A stretch of 64,000 nucleotides of DNA from contig JBLWTJ010000003.1 of the NCBI GenBank assembly GCA_048270185.1, positions 192,001 to 256,000 on the forward strand, read 5' to 3'. Position numbers and translations under genes: made by a program. Below are positions 1 to 10,151 of this stretch, piece after piece (position 1 is the first letter of the stretch; each line of letters starts with the position of its first letter). The notes beneath the pieces are model-generated. The model did no database searches, was not told where the DNA came from, and worked only from the letters and a program-made list of their open reading frames with translations. Source of the stretch: Bacteriovoracaceae bacterium (GTDB lineage: Bacteria > Bdellovibrionota > Bacteriovoracia > Bacteriovoracales > Bacteriovoracaceae).

Positions 1-457
1 GGCGATCATTGACGGCGCGATCTCTTTTTAAAACTAAGTTCTCTGGCGTTAATTCAACTTCTTCATCTAAGAAAGGGGTAATGAAGATATCATCTTCTTC
101 CGATTCAATTGAGTTGTAATTTGTTAAACTTTCAACTCTTACAATATGCTTAATTTGCCAAAGGTCATTCGTAATATCTTGAATTGCCTTAATAGTGGTT
201 TCATCAAAGAGACCCTTTTCATTGTAAACCATGATATCAATGGTATCTGAACTTCCAAAAATACCTTCATGGGCCTTTAAGTCAGTTAGACGTTTGTCAT
301 GATCCATCAACCAACCCTTTACTGAGTAATTGGCATGAATTTTTGGGATACCTGAACTTAGGGCCACTAAGACAAGAAAAGAAACAAAAAGACATGTTTT
401 TGTATTATCAACGATATACTTAGATACTCTTTCTGCTAATGAATGAACGCGTTTCAT
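1..457 (-). CDS. MMPL/RND-family transporter, N-terminal part (runs off window start)
   Basis: Manually translated; not in ORF track. MKRVHSLAERVSKY..., TM segment CLFVSFLVLVALSSG, then FGSSDTIDIMV and VRVESLTN, typical of MMPL periplasmic domains. AGGA upstream of the ATG at 457. Confidence 0.7.
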   Translation of the reverse strand, partial: MKRVHSLAERVSKYIVDNTKTCLFVSFLVLVALSSGIPKIHANYSVKGWLMDHDKRLTDLKAHEGIFGSSDTIDIMVYNEKGLFDETTIKAIQDITNDLWQIKHIVRVESLTNYNSIESEEDDIFITPFLDEEVELTPENLVLKRDRAVNDR

Positions 458-538
458 ATGATCATTTTCCTTTGAAGATTAAGTGCTATCACTATATTAA
501 GTTTTGTTAGGAAAAGCGAAGATTTTTAAGTGAAGATT

Positions 539-652
539 ATAAGAAATACGTGAAGTTATGTAGACGCTCCGGCGAAATAATGTCTAAGCTCTTAATGAGT
601 TTAAGAGTGAATTAATTCGTGCTCCGGAGCGTTTGTCTTGGAGTGTCTTTAT
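539..652 (+). ncRNA. candidate structured RNA (long interrupted hairpin)
   Basis: gtagacgctccgg pairs with ccggagcgtttgt, cgaa with ttcg, gctcttaa with ttaagagt. The non-Watson-Crick positions are G-U on the + strand. Confidence 0.3.
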
Positions 653-655
653 CAG

Positions 656-1213
656 TTATTGAAGACCGATAAAGTCCATTCCAAGTTTTGAAGTTGCATT
701 CTCTTTCAAGAATGGCATCTTCGTATTGATATTAAATTTTGCGCCCTTTAAAGAACAACCAACAAAGATCGTGCTTAAAAGATCGACATTCGAAAAATCA
801 CAACCTGCTAGGTTACAATTTTTAAAAGTCACACCCTTTAGGTTTGCCCAGCGAAAGCTTGTCGAATCAAGCTCACACTCGATAAACGTACTATTTTCAA
901 GATTTGTACACTCAAGGTTAGCTTCTTTTAAATTGATTCGGTGAAAGCGATTGGCCGCAAGGTTAGACCAAGTAAAGTCTGTTCCTTCATAATTTGAAAA
1001 ATTATGCTTTGCGTACTTCATATTACACTTTCTAAGGTCACTTTCATTTAAGTCTGAGTTTCTAATGCTAATTTTATCTAGCATCGAGTTATCGAATGAA
1101 CTCTTTTCGATTTTAGAGGCACTGATCAATCGTAAGTTATCGACATTGCGAAGGTTTATACGATTTTCATTCTGTTGTTTGATAGCTGTAAACGTCGTGT
1201 TTTGCGTAGTCAT
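656..1213 (-). CDS. pentapeptide repeat protein
   Basis: Repeated A(N/D)L/Fxx units (ANLECTNLENSTF, ANLKGVTFKNCNLAGCDF). Confidence 0.9.
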   Translation of the reverse strand: MTTQNTTFTAIKQQNENRINLRNVDNLRLISASKIEKSSFDNSMLDKISIRNSDLNESDLRKCNMKYAKHNFSNYEGTDFTWSNLAANRFHRINLKEANLECTNLENSTFIECELDSTSFRWANLKGVTFKNCNLAGCDFSNVDLLSTIFVGCSLKGAKFNINTKMPFLKENATSKLGMDFIGLQ

Positions 1214-1283
1214 TGGTTTTCCTCTTTTAAAACTTAAAAGATAGTATCGATTTTATTTAGCTATATTAAGTCAATTATTTGTA

Positions 1284-1302
1284 AATTCGGAAATTCCGAA
1301 TT
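1284..1302. promoter_or_regulatory. palindromic operator, likely LysR-type binding site
   Basis: aattcggaa-a-ttccgaatt is a perfect inverted repeat containing T-N11-A. It lies between the divergent pentapeptide and LysR genes. Confidence 0.6.
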
Positions 1303-1313
1303 ATTGTATCAGC

Positions 1314-2207
1314 ATGAATTGGAATCATCTCTATTGTTTTTATGAAGCTGCAAAGCATAAGTCTGTTAAGAAAGCGGCCGCCCGAATGGGCCTTGCACCG
1401 TCGACTGTAAGTGAGCAGATTAAGAAGCTTGAAGTGAATTATGGCGTGCAACTCTTTGAGCGTAAGGTGCGCGAAATTGTACTAACTAAGAAGGGTGAAG
1501 AGGTCTTTTCATATTCGAAGAATGTTTTTTCAAATGGAATGCGTCTCGTTGACAACTTAACCTTTCAAGATGATGGAGGGTATGATGTAACGTTCTGTGT
1601 TGAGTCTCATTTAGAGTCTCCTGGTATTGCTTCATTCATTGCTGATTACTTCTGTATGTATCAAGACTTCGGTCATACAAAGACAAAGCGCTCAAAGAAC
1701 TTCTCGCAAACAATGTACTTTCTGGAAAACGATACTGTTGATATTGCCATTAGTGATAATAAGCTAGGTAATGAAATGTATGAGAATTACCTTGTTGCTC
1801 AAAATCATCTGAAATTCTACGTCAATGAAACGGTTAGAACGAAGTATAAAGATATGCCCTTGGAGCAAATGGTTAAGAAAATTCCAGTAGGTTTCTTGTC
1901 TTCAGATGAGAAATTAATCGTAAACGTTAAGCAAGTATTAAAAGAGCAACGTGTTTACCTAAAAGATACTTTCTATAGTGAGCACTTAGACTATCTTGCG
2001 ACACTTTGCGAAAGAGGAGATATCATCCTTGCTTCCATTGGCCGTGCAGGAATATTTGAAAATCTTGAATGCATTGGACCTGAAGTTGATATCTGCGTAC
2101 CTACATATGCGATTTTGAAAAAACAGAACTCAAATTTACTTTTTGCTCGTAAACTAAAAGATATCTTAAAAATTGAAGCTGATTCAAATCAACAAATTCT
2201 TCATTAA
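1314..2207 (+). CDS. LysR family transcriptional regulator (NhaR-like N-terminus)
   Basis: MNWNHLYCFY...AAARMGLAPSTVSEQIKKLE...LFER...LT HTH signature; 297 aa. Confidence 0.92.
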   Translation: MNWNHLYCFYEAAKHKSVKKAAARMGLAPSTVSEQIKKLEVNYGVQLFERKVREIVLTKKGEEVFSYSKNVFSNGMRLVDNLTFQDDGGYDVTFCVESHLESPGIASFIADYFCMYQDFGHTKTKRSKNFSQTMYFLENDTVDIAISDNKLGNEMYENYLVAQNHLKFYVNETVRTKYKDMPLEQMVKKIPVGFLSSDEKLIVNVKQVLKEQRVYLKDTFYSEHLDYLATLCERGDIILASIGRAGIFENLECIGPEVDICVPTYAILKKQNSNLLFARKLKDILKIEADSNQQILH

Positions 2208-2246
2208 TTTATAATTGCCGATTAGTTAAAAAGTATATAGCCTCAA

Positions 2247-4157
2247 GTGATGAATTTTTCACGACTTTCAAAAATACTTATCAGTATTTTTCTTATATTT
2301 AACACGATTACAATATCGGCCCAAAATCTTACTAAAGATGATGACTTTCTAAAAGAAAGTAAGCTTAAAGATATTATCATTCGTGAAATTGCCAATCTTA
2401 ACCTATCAACTTCAATTAAGCTTTTGGATTTTGATAAGGTAAAGGGACTTGATGTTGGGCTCAAGTATGGCTATGAGATGACGCCATCTTATTTAAAGGG
2501 CAAGTTTGCAAGAGTAGATGAGTGGACACTTAGTCGCTCAGTAAACCCCGGCTCGATTATTGATGCTGTGACACCAATTAACCTAACACTTTCAAAAAGT
2601 GATCGCATTACTTTTATACGTCACTTTGAAAGTCAAAAGAAGGCGATCCTAGCACTTCCTTATTCGATAAATAAAATCCCATACAATGCACAGAGCACAT
2701 TAAAAAGACTTAAAGTAGGTGACTTTGTTAGTATTCCTGCCACAATGAGCCTAAATATTGGAGTTAGTGCTGGCTACGGCTTTGGTGAAATTATCGCGGC
2801 CAAGGGGTATGCTAATTTAATTACAAGTGGAAATTTTAATATCAATATCTTTCGAATGGATGAAAATAAAGTTCGCTTAAAAATAGTTACGCGTACTTCA
2901 TCTGAAGCAAAGGTTGGTGCCAATTTAAAAAGTGATTTCTTTGTTTCAACTTTAAAAAGACTGAAAGCGCCTGACTTTGTTTCTGACGTTCTTGAGTTAG
3001 AAGTTTTTGAGTATAAATTAGGGCGTGGTATAGGTGAGCAGTATATTCTGGACTATATATTTGATTTAAGTAATGAGAAGGCCCGTGAAGCTTATGATAG
3101 AATCTTAAAACCTAAGTTTAAACTTAATTTCGAAAAGGTTATTGGCCAGTACCAGGGGCGTGAGTACATTGAAGACAAACTCATTTCAGACTTTAAAATG
3201 GCCAATGAATTATCCCAATTAAATGATGGAGTCGAATTACTTTTTCAAGGTTTTAACCAGTATAAGTTTAAAAGGAAAGGTTTTGAATTTGGTCTTTTCA
3301 TTTCAAAGATTGAATCGGGGATGACTTACTTTAAAAATAATATTTCGATTATTTCAGGTAATGAAGCCGGTGATTTCTTCTTTCCAAACAAGGTTTATAA
3401 GTACAAAGAGGAGTTTAATATCTTAGTTCACAGGCGAGAGGACAAGATTGAAGAATCCTTCTTTTCTTTTATTCCAAAATCAAAGACATTATCACAGTCT
3501 TCGATTGATTTCGGTACGAATTATTTAAGAAAAGATCGCTACTTTACACGTGGAGAGTGGAAAAGTGTAAGAAGAAAGATTAAGGCTCTAATTCCAAGTG
3601 ATATTTTCTTAAAAATCGACTTTAATGAACTTGAACAAATTAAAACAAATATCACGACTGAAGTTAGTTACCGCTTAGTTTTTAGAAAAGAGATCTTCAA
3701 CTTTATGGAAGGTGTAACGATTGAGAAGATTATTGACGAAGTTAATAAGATAAAAAGAGATCGTGGTCTTCGTGGCGTAAAAATTGATCGTAGTGGCAAT
3801 TATGTCACAAAGAAACTTTACTTCTGGCAACGATCTCATACTCGCTTAGTTGCTCGACGAATTCATCGTGTATTAAATTCTTTTAAAGATGATATTTATC
3901 GCAAGCTGGAAAATATTATTGATAATATTGATAAGAATGACTTTAGAAAATACTTTTACCGTGTTGTTCAAAGTCTCGTTCCTATTAATGATTTACAGAA
4001 TCTGATTTATTTTAAATTAGATATCCTAGGTAATAGAAGTAAGCCAGTTCACTTTAAATATGGTGAATATGAGTTTCCTAGTATTTATCATGAAATCTTA
4101 GATATAAACCGAGATTTCCATGATTCAAAAAGAGACTTAAAGATTATTACGGAGTAA
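2247..4157 (+). CDS. hypothetical exported protein
   Basis: 636-aa ORF with an N-terminal signal peptide; no family recognised. Confidence 0.75.
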   Translation: MMNFSRLSKILISIFLIFNTITISAQNLTKDDDFLKESKLKDIIIREIANLNLSTSIKLLDFDKVKGLDVGLKYGYEMTPSYLKGKFARVDEWTLSRSVNPGSIIDAVTPINLTLSKSDRITFIRHFESQKKAILALPYSINKIPYNAQSTLKRLKVGDFVSIPATMSLNIGVSAGYGFGEIIAAKGYANLITSGNFNINIFRMDENKVRLKIVTRTSSEAKVGANLKSDFFVSTLKRLKAPDFVSDVLELEVFEYKLGRGIGEQYILDYIFDLSNEKAREAYDRILKPKFKLNFEKVIGQYQGREYIEDKLISDFKMANELSQLNDGVELLFQGFNQYKFKRKGFEFGLFISKIESGMTYFKNNISIISGNEAGDFFFPNKVYKYKEEFNILVHRREDKIEESFFSFIPKSKTLSQSSIDFGTNYLRKDRYFTRGEWKSVRRKIKALIPSDIFLKIDFNELEQIKTNITTEVSYRLVFRKEIFNFMEGVTIEKIIDEVNKIKRDRGLRGVKIDRSGNYVTKKLYFWQRSHTRLVARRIHRVLNSFKDDIYRKLENIIDNIDKNDFRKYFYRVVQSLVPINDLQNLIYFKLDILGNRSKPVHFKYGEYEFPSIYHEILDINRDFHDSKRDLKIITE

Positions 4158-4160
4158 TCC

Positions 4161-4769
4161 ATGAGTGATTATAAGGAATTTATCGGAGCCTTTAACGAAA
4201 CACCTGTTGAGATTTTTGAGCAGTGGTTTAAGGCAGCTGTTGAAAAAGAAGAAAATGGTGCAGCCTTTGTTCTATCGACTGTTGATACTGAGGGTGTCCC
4301 TAATGCAAGAACACTTTTATTAAAAGGCTTTGATTCACACAGACCTTTCTTCTTTTCGAATTATACATCAGTAAAGGGACAAGAAATTGAAGCCAACTCT
4401 AACGTGGCAATGACATTTTATTGGCATCGCCTTGGTAAACAAGTACGAGTTAGAGGAAAGGCCGTAAAGTGTAGCCTAGAACTATCGAGAGATTACTTCC
4501 ACTCAAGAGGGAAGGAGAGTCAAATTGCAAGCTTAACTTCTTCTCAGTCAAAACCTATTTCTAGTAGGAAAAAATTAGAAGATGAATTTCAAGCAAACGT
4601 CTTAAGGTATAATGATCAAGAGATTATTCCTCATCCACAAGAGTGGGGAGGGTATATGATTGATGTTGAAGAGATAACATTCTTCATTTACGGAGAGCAT
4701 CGCCTCAATGATCGCTTCCAGTTTATTAAGAAAGGGCAAGAGTGGGAATCGTTAAGACTTTATCCTTAA
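4161..4769 (+). CDS. pdxH: pyridoxamine 5'-phosphate oxidase
   Basis: PNARTLLLKG, FFSNYTSVKG, QVRVRG, YFHSR, WGGY, RLNDR, RLYP motifs. Confidence 0.95.
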   Translation: MSDYKEFIGAFNETPVEIFEQWFKAAVEKEENGAAFVLSTVDTEGVPNARTLLLKGFDSHRPFFFSNYTSVKGQEIEANSNVAMTFYWHRLGKQVRVRGKAVKCSLELSRDYFHSRGKESQIASLTSSQSKPISSRKKLEDEFQANVLRYNDQEIIPHPQEWGGYMIDVEEITFFIYGEHRLNDRFQFIKKGQEWESLRLYP

Positions 4770-5284
4770 TTACATTATTTGTTTTACTTTCATTCAAAGT
4801 TAGTGCCGCCAATGTCTATCTTGGTGGTGGCGGATCATTTAGTGGTGTCATCTCAAGCACAGATTACTACAATGGTGCTAACTCGTTTATTCCAGCTCTA
4901 AATTTAGGAGTTAGATATAACTCATTAGGGATTGATACATTCATTCGTAAGGGAACTCTTACAAATGAGCACCAGGGCTTTGATATTGATCTCGATACGA
5001 CTCAATTTGGTTTTATGTTTAGATTCTCTCCTGATGAATGGATGGATCTGAATCTTGGGGCACACTGGACAACAGTTGAAGGGAGTTCTTCAGTATATAA
5101 TGGCCAGAAACTTACTGGTCTAATTAATCGTACCGTTACCTCTGCTCTCTTTGGAGTAGGTTTTAACTTTCCCATCACTGAAAGATTTAGATTTAGAACT
5201 GATTTTAATTATTATCTAGGAAAAGAAGTACTATCACTTCTTCAATTTGATATTTCTCTTGTCTACAGCGTAATTACTTTTTAG
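4742..5284 (+). CDS. outer-membrane beta-barrel protein (small, OmpA/OmpW-like)
   Basis: Signal peptide, alternating aromatic/hydrophobic strands, C-terminal Phe. Confidence 0.7.
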   Translation: MGIVKTLSLITLFVLLSFKVSAANVYLGGGGSFSGVISSTDYYNGANSFIPALNLGVRYNSLGIDTFIRKGTLTNEHQGFDIDLDTTQFGFMFRFSPDEWMDLNLGAHWTTVEGSSSVYNGQKLTGLINRTVTSALFGVGFNFPITERFRFRTDFNYYLGKEVLSLLQFDISLVYSVITF

Positions 5285-5660
5285 AACTTGCTGGAATACG
5301 TCCATCATGTCGCTTTATGTACTTTGCAATTTCTGGTGTAATAGCATCTTGCTTTTCAAGAACGTCGATTAATTTACGATTATCAAGTTTCAATTTTTGT
5401 ACATAGTCTTCTGAATTATGAAGTTGTGCAGTAAGCTCTTGATGCTTATTCACTGTCTTCTCGTAAGCAATACGATAGAAGTTCATTTTTTCTTTAGCTT
5501 TTGCAAGCTCTGTCTTTGTATTATGAAGCTCTGTTGCCATCATCGATGTCTTATTAAGCTGCTTCTTATATTCAATAATATCTTTATCTGAAAAATCTCT
5601 TCCAGCTTTTACGACAAAAGCGATTAGAACGATAAAATGTGCAACAATAATCTTCTTCAT
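5274..5660 (-). CDS. hypothetical coiled-coil protein with N-terminal hydrophobic segment and C-terminal RIPAS motif
   Basis: ORF track; GGAG RBS; heptad-rich middle region. Confidence 0.75.
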   Translation of the reverse strand: MKKIIVAHFIVLIAFVVKAGRDFSDKDIIEYKKQLNKTSMMATELHNTKTELAKAKEKMNFYRIAYEKTVNKHQELTAQLHNSEDYVQKLKLDNRKLIDVLEKQDAITPEIAKYIKRHDGRIPASSKK

Positions 5661-5753
5661 AATATTTCTCCATTATTCAATTAACGTATCGACATATTAA
5701 AAAAAATCATTAATATTTTTCAAATTCTTCCGAAATAATAGGTACTTAGTGAC

Positions 5754-6023
5754 ATGCAAGGATGTTTTATGTTTTTAATTGATGTTAATTTATTCGAGGA
5801 CGAGTTCTACCTATTGCCCGTTGAACAGACTAAAGGTGACCAGTATAAGATTCAATGTCATTCAATTGAGTCGGCTAAATTACTGCAAGAATCACTTGAG
5901 AAGATGAAGCATCTTCATCCAACAAAGGATAAGAGTCGTTTCAAGCTTTTGAGGCAAGAGAAGCATTTTGGCTTTAATGTGAAAGTTTTAGGATATATTG
6001 AAGAAGAAAAAAAGGCCTCATAA
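5754..6023 (+). CDS. hypothetical protein (start may be the ATG at 5769)
   Basis: 89-aa ORF ending at a bidirectional terminator. Confidence 0.6.
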   Translation: MQGCFMFLIDVNLFEDEFYLLPVEQTKGDQYKIQCHSIESAKLLQESLEKMKHLHPTKDKSRFKLLRQEKHFGFNVKVLGYIEEEKKAS

Positions 6024-6032
6024 GAGGCCTTT
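6011..6032. terminator. bidirectional intrinsic terminator
   Basis: aaaggcctc-ataa-gaggccttt between convergent genes. Confidence 0.8.
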
Positions 6033-6039
6033 CGTTTAA

Positions 6040-6615
6040 TTAAAGATTTGAGTTAACGAAATCCCAATTTACAAGATTCCAAAATGCATTGATGTAATCT
6101 GGACGAGCATTTCTGTAATCAACATAGTAAGCATGTTCCCATACGTCGATTGTTAGAAGAGCTGTGTGACCATCTGTCATTGGAGTTTCTGCATCGTCAG
6201 TGTTAACGATTTCTAGCTCTCCACCTTTGTTCTTTACAAGCCATGTCCAACCTGAAGCAAAGTTAGTTGCCGCAGAGTTTGAAAATTCTTCTTTGAACTT
6301 ATCAAATGATCCCCATTTAGCATTGATAGCATCAGCAATTGCTCCAGTCGCTGCTCCACCTGCATTTGGTGCTAAACAATTCCAGTAAAAAGTGTGGTTC
6401 CAAACTTGAGCAGCGTTATTGAATAGTCCACCGCTTGACTTCATGATGATCTCTTCAAGAGTCATATTTTCAAATTCAGTCCCTGGGATAGCAGCATTAA
6501 GTTTTGTTACGTAAGCATTGTGGTGTTTACCGTAGTGAAACTCAATCGTTTCTGCTGAGATATGAGGTGCTAGAGCGTCTTTTGCCCATGGTAGTTCAGG
6601 AAGTTTATGTTCCAT
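6040..6615 (-). CDS. sodB: superoxide dismutase [Fe]
   Basis: [16 protein letters not shown] (Fe-type), DVWEHAYY motifs. Confidence 0.96.
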   Translation of the reverse strand: MEHKLPELPWAKDALAPHISAETIEFHYGKHHNAYVTKLNAAIPGTEFENMTLEEIIMKSSGGLFNNAAQVWNHTFYWNCLAPNAGGAATGAIADAINAKWGSFDKFKEEFSNSAATNFASGWTWLVKNKGGELEIVNTDDAETPMTDGHTALLTIDVWEHAYYVDYRNARPDYINAFWNLVNWDFVNSNL

Positions 6616-6743
6616 AGTAATTCTCCTTAGATTCTTAAATGTTTTTTGAACTCCATCATTCTAAAGCCTTAAGCGTTTAAGTGCAAAACGCGATTTGTTA
6701 AAGCAGTAAATTCTGTCATTCTGGATTAAATACTTATTTTAAC

Positions 6744-6770
6744 TCAAGAATTATCACCAAATGTCGATTG
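6744..6770 (+). promoter_or_regulatory. sigma28 (FliA)-like promoter
   Basis: TCAA-N15-GTCGATTG compared with consensus TAAA-N15-GCCGATAA. Confidence 0.5.
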
Positions 6771-6774
6771 CTTA

Positions 6775-7725
6775 TTGATGATATTTTCACGTTATCTCTT
6801 ACTATTTCCGACTTTTTTAATCTTGCTTTGCAATAATTCTTTTGCTTCGAGTTGGGCCGAGCGTGGTGGAACAATTCAGTCGGGTACTAATAAGTACACA
6901 GGTAATTGGAGAAGATTGGCCTCAAGTGAAGAGAAGAGTGTTGAACAACTAATTCAAATCGTTGCCACTTCAGAACTTGGTGTAAAGCTTATCGATAAGG
7001 CCAGGCTTCGAGCTGCCAAGGATCGCAAGCGTCTTGAAGAGGTCATTAGCGGTGGGGAAGTGTCGGTCACAGACACAACTTTAGTGAGAAAATTTAGCCC
7101 TCATTCACCTGAGAGTGTACGTTTTGAGACGCGATCTCGTGTCTATATTGATAAGTCTCATAGCACCAAGAATGCAGTATTAGACCTTATTCACGAATTA
7201 ACTCATTATATCTATAAGAAGCCATTTAACCCTTATTTGAGTGATTTTTCAGTATCGAGTTTTTTAAATGATACAATTCAAGGTCGAGGTGGCGAAGTCG
7301 ATGCTTTTCTTGTTGAATGTCGTATTGGCCGTGAGATTTATGGCCTAAAGGCAATTTCGCCACAATGTCTCAATATTCTTAGTGGAGATGAGTTTTCTCG
7401 CACATTGGCGGTAAAGGAATTTTATAAAATTGGTCATTACTATGATCAGTTCAAGAGTGATGCCACTGAACTAGGAATAGATAAGAAGGTTATCGCTGAT
7501 ATATCGAAGGACCAAACAAGTCTTGTTTCCTCGGCTTGGTCAAAGCCGTACCCAGTTGCTGTTGTTGCCGAGTATGAGGCGATAATGACTAAGGTCTGTC
7601 ATAATGATCTCAAGCGTATGACCTATCTTTCTGAGGAGCTAACGAGGGGGCCTGCTAGTAAATCCTCTAAGGTTAATGATGTTCGTTCAAAGTTTAATGC
7701 TAGATGTCGTTCTTATTTAGATTAA
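6775..7725 (+). CDS. secreted putative zinc metallopeptidase (HExxH)
   Basis: Signal peptide, LIHELTH, downstream GGEVDAF glutamate, RGPAS near the C-terminus. Confidence 0.6.
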   Translation: MMIFSRYLLLFPTFLILLCNNSFASSWAERGGTIQSGTNKYTGNWRRLASSEEKSVEQLIQIVATSELGVKLIDKARLRAAKDRKRLEEVISGGEVSVTDTTLVRKFSPHSPESVRFETRSRVYIDKSHSTKNAVLDLIHELTHYIYKKPFNPYLSDFSVSSFLNDTIQGRGGEVDAFLVECRIGREIYGLKAISPQCLNILSGDEFSRTLAVKEFYKIGHYYDQFKSDATELGIDKKVIADISKDQTSLVSSAWSKPYPVAVVAEYEAIMTKVCHNDLKRMTYLSEELTRGPASKSSKVNDVRSKFNARCRSYLD

Positions 7726-7797
7726 ATTTTATTGACGAGTCTATTAACAATGCCTCAATGCACTAACAAAAAATCTCTCTTTTTTCGTCGGGTTTAA

Positions 7798-7826
7798 TTG
7801 ACTAGGACTCTAAGCATTGGTAATTT
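7798..7826 (+). promoter_or_regulatory. sigma70-like promoter of nuoBCDI
   Basis: TTGACT-N17-TAATTT with TG extended -10. Confidence 0.5.
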
Positions 7827-7875
7827 ATAAGCTAAGAATTTCATAATTTTACATATCTAAAAAGGATTGCTGGCA

Positions 7876-8358
7876 ATGCAAGATAGTGTTGTTTTATTAA
7901 AACTTGATGACTTCCTTAACTGGGGAAGAAAGAACTCTCTATGGCCAATGACATTTGGTCTCGCATGTTGTGCTATTGAAATGATGGCAACTGGTGGATC
8001 TAAGTATGACTTAGAAAGATTTGGTTGTGGTGCTTTCATGGCGACTCCAAGACGCGCAGACTTAATGATTGTTGCAGGTACTGTAACACTTAAAATGGCC
8101 CCTAGAATTAAGACTCTTTATGAGCAAATGGCCGAGCCGAAATATGTTATTTCGATGGGTTCATGTGCGAATAAAGGTGGTCCATACTGGCAACACGGCT
8201 ACCACGTTCTAAAAGGTGTTGATGAGATCGTTCCTGTTGACGTTTATGTTCCAGGTTGTCCTCCAAGACCAGAAGCTCTAATCGAAGGTCTAATGACTCT
8301 TCAAAAGAAAGTCGCTAATGAAAGACTTCTTAAAGATAAGTGGGTGAAGCATGCTTAA
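7876..8358 (+). CDS. nuoB: NADH-quinone oxidoreductase subunit B
   Basis: [40 protein letters not shown] 7876 preferred over TTG 7867. Confidence 0.96.
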   Translation: MQDSVVLLKLDDFLNWGRKNSLWPMTFGLACCAIEMMATGGSKYDLERFGCGAFMATPRRADLMIVAGTVTLKMAPRIKTLYEQMAEPKYVISMGSCANKGGPYWQHGYHVLKGVDEIVPVDVYVPGCPPRPEALIEGLMTLQKKVANERLLKDKWVKHA

Positions 8359-8989
8359 TGAGTTAGTAAGTTTTATCAATGATAAAGTAAGTGGTGCAAA
8401 TGCATCACTAATTGAAAACGAAGCAGGGGATAAGCCAATCCTAATTGATGCTTCAAAAATCAAAGACGTTTGCTACGCTCTTAGAGATAGCTCTGAATAT
8501 CAATTCAATGTCCTTCAAGTTGTATCAGGTGTCGATTACCCTGAAGAGATCGAAGTTAATTATATGCTAGCTTCTTTTATTACAAACTCAGATGACGTTA
8601 TCCTAAAAGTTAAGCTTCCTAAAGCTAACAAAGATGATGTTCCAAAAATCGATTCTGTTTGTGACGTTTGGAAGTCTGCGAACTTCTTAGAGAGAGAAGT
8701 ATATGACATGAACGGAGTTGAATTCGTTGGTCACCCAGACTTTAGAAGAATTCTATGTCCAGAAGATTGGGAAGGTTTCCCATTACGTAAGGACTATGAA
8801 GTTCAAAAAGCTTGGCAAGGTCATGAGATTAATCCTGAACATAAGATCAATAATGCTGATCATGAATTCTTTGCTAAGGCTAGAATTGATGCAGCTGAAC
8901 CGAAGAAAATTTCGGGGTCTTGGGACGGAAAGATTGCAGCCGACTTAGAAGCCGCTTTAAATAAGAAAATGGAAGAAGCAAATAAATAA
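8351..8989 (+). CDS. nuoC: NADH-quinone oxidoreductase subunit C
   Basis: [30 protein letters not shown]. Confidence 0.95.
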   Translation: MLNELVSFINDKVSGANASLIENEAGDKPILIDASKIKDVCYALRDSSEYQFNVLQVVSGVDYPEEIEVNYMLASFITNSDDVILKVKLPKANKDDVPKIDSVCDVWKSANFLEREVYDMNGVEFVGHPDFRRILCPEDWEGFPLRKDYEVQKAWQGHEINPEHKINNADHEFFAKARIDAAEPKKISGSWDGKIAADLEAALNKKMEEANK

Positions 8990-9005
8990 TTTTAAGGATA
9001 TTTTA

Positions 9006-10151
9006 ATGGAAGATAATACATTAAAAACACAACAAGAAGCCTTACATACTGATCTTCTGACAGTAAATATGGGGCCTCAACACCCTGCCACTCACGGGGT
9101 TCTAAGAGTTGAAATTAAAACTGACTCTGAAATCGTGGTTGAAGCGACACCTTACCTTGGTTACCTTCACCGTTGTATGGAAAAGCATAGTGAGCATTTA
9201 GACTACCGAGGAATCATTCCTTTCACTGATCGTATGGACTACCTAGCTTCAATGTCAATGGAGTGGGGATATGTTCAAGCAATCGAAAAGATGCTTGGTA
9301 CAGAAGTTCCAGAAAGAGCTGAGTACGTAAGAATTATCGTTGCAGAACTTCAAAGAATTGCATCACACTTAATGTACTTTGGTACATACGCAATTGACCT
9401 TGGGGCCTTCACTCCGTTCTTATATGCTTTCCAAGATAGAGAGCAAATCCTAAGAATCTTTGAAGAGCTTTCAGGAGCCCGTCTACTTTATAACTATATT
9501 TGGGTAGGTGGTGTATGGAATGATATTAATGACGATCAACTTCGTCGTATCGATAAATTCTGTACTGAAATGGAAGAGAACATGAAGAAGTACCACGATC
9601 TTGTTGGTATGAACGCTATTTTCCGTAACAGAACAGCTAATGTTGGTATCGTAACTCCTGAGATGGCCTATGAATATGGTGCGACTGGTGCTGTTCTTCG
9701 TGGTTCAGGTGTTGAATGGGACCTTCGTAAGAAGAAGCCATACGGACTTTATGAAAAATTTGATTTTGATGTTGTAACTGGTAAAGGTGAAATGGGAACT
9801 GTTGGTGACTGTTGGGATCGTTACTACGTACGTGTTTTCGAAATCTTTGAATCAATTAAAATCCTTCGCCAAGCACTTGATGGTATTGAAGCTGGACCAG
9901 TTATGGGGAAAGTTCCAAAAATCATCAAACTTCCAAAAGGTGAAATTTATACAAAAACTGAGTGTCCACGTGGAGAGCTTGGTTACCACATCGTATCTGA
10001 CGGTGGTAAGACTCCTTACAGAGTTAAAGTTAAGTCTTCATGTTTTACACACACTTCAATGCTTCCAGAGCTAGGGAAAGGGCAAATGATCGCTGACTTC
10101 GTAGCAACTATTGGTAGTATTGATATTGTACTAGGAGAGGTTGACCGATGA
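9006..10151 (+). CDS. nuoD: NADH-quinone oxidoreductase subunit D
   Basis: NMGPQHPATHGVLR, GYLHRCMEK, DIVLGEVDR. Confidence 0.97.
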   Translation: MEDNTLKTQQEALHTDLLTVNMGPQHPATHGVLRVEIKTDSEIVVEATPYLGYLHRCMEKHSEHLDYRGIIPFTDRMDYLASMSMEWGYVQAIEKMLGTEVPERAEYVRIIVAELQRIASHLMYFGTYAIDLGAFTPFLYAFQDREQILRIFEELSGARLLYNYIWVGGVWNDINDDQLRRIDKFCTEMEENMKKYHDLVGMNAIFRNRTANVGIVTPEMAYEYGATGAVLRGSGVEWDLRKKKPYGLYEKFDFDVVTGKGEMGTVGDCWDRYYVRVFEIFESIKILRQALDGIEAGPVMGKVPKIIKLPKGEIYTKTECPRGELGYHIVSDGGKTPYRVKVKSSCFTHTSMLPELGKGQMIADFVATIGSIDIVLGEVDR

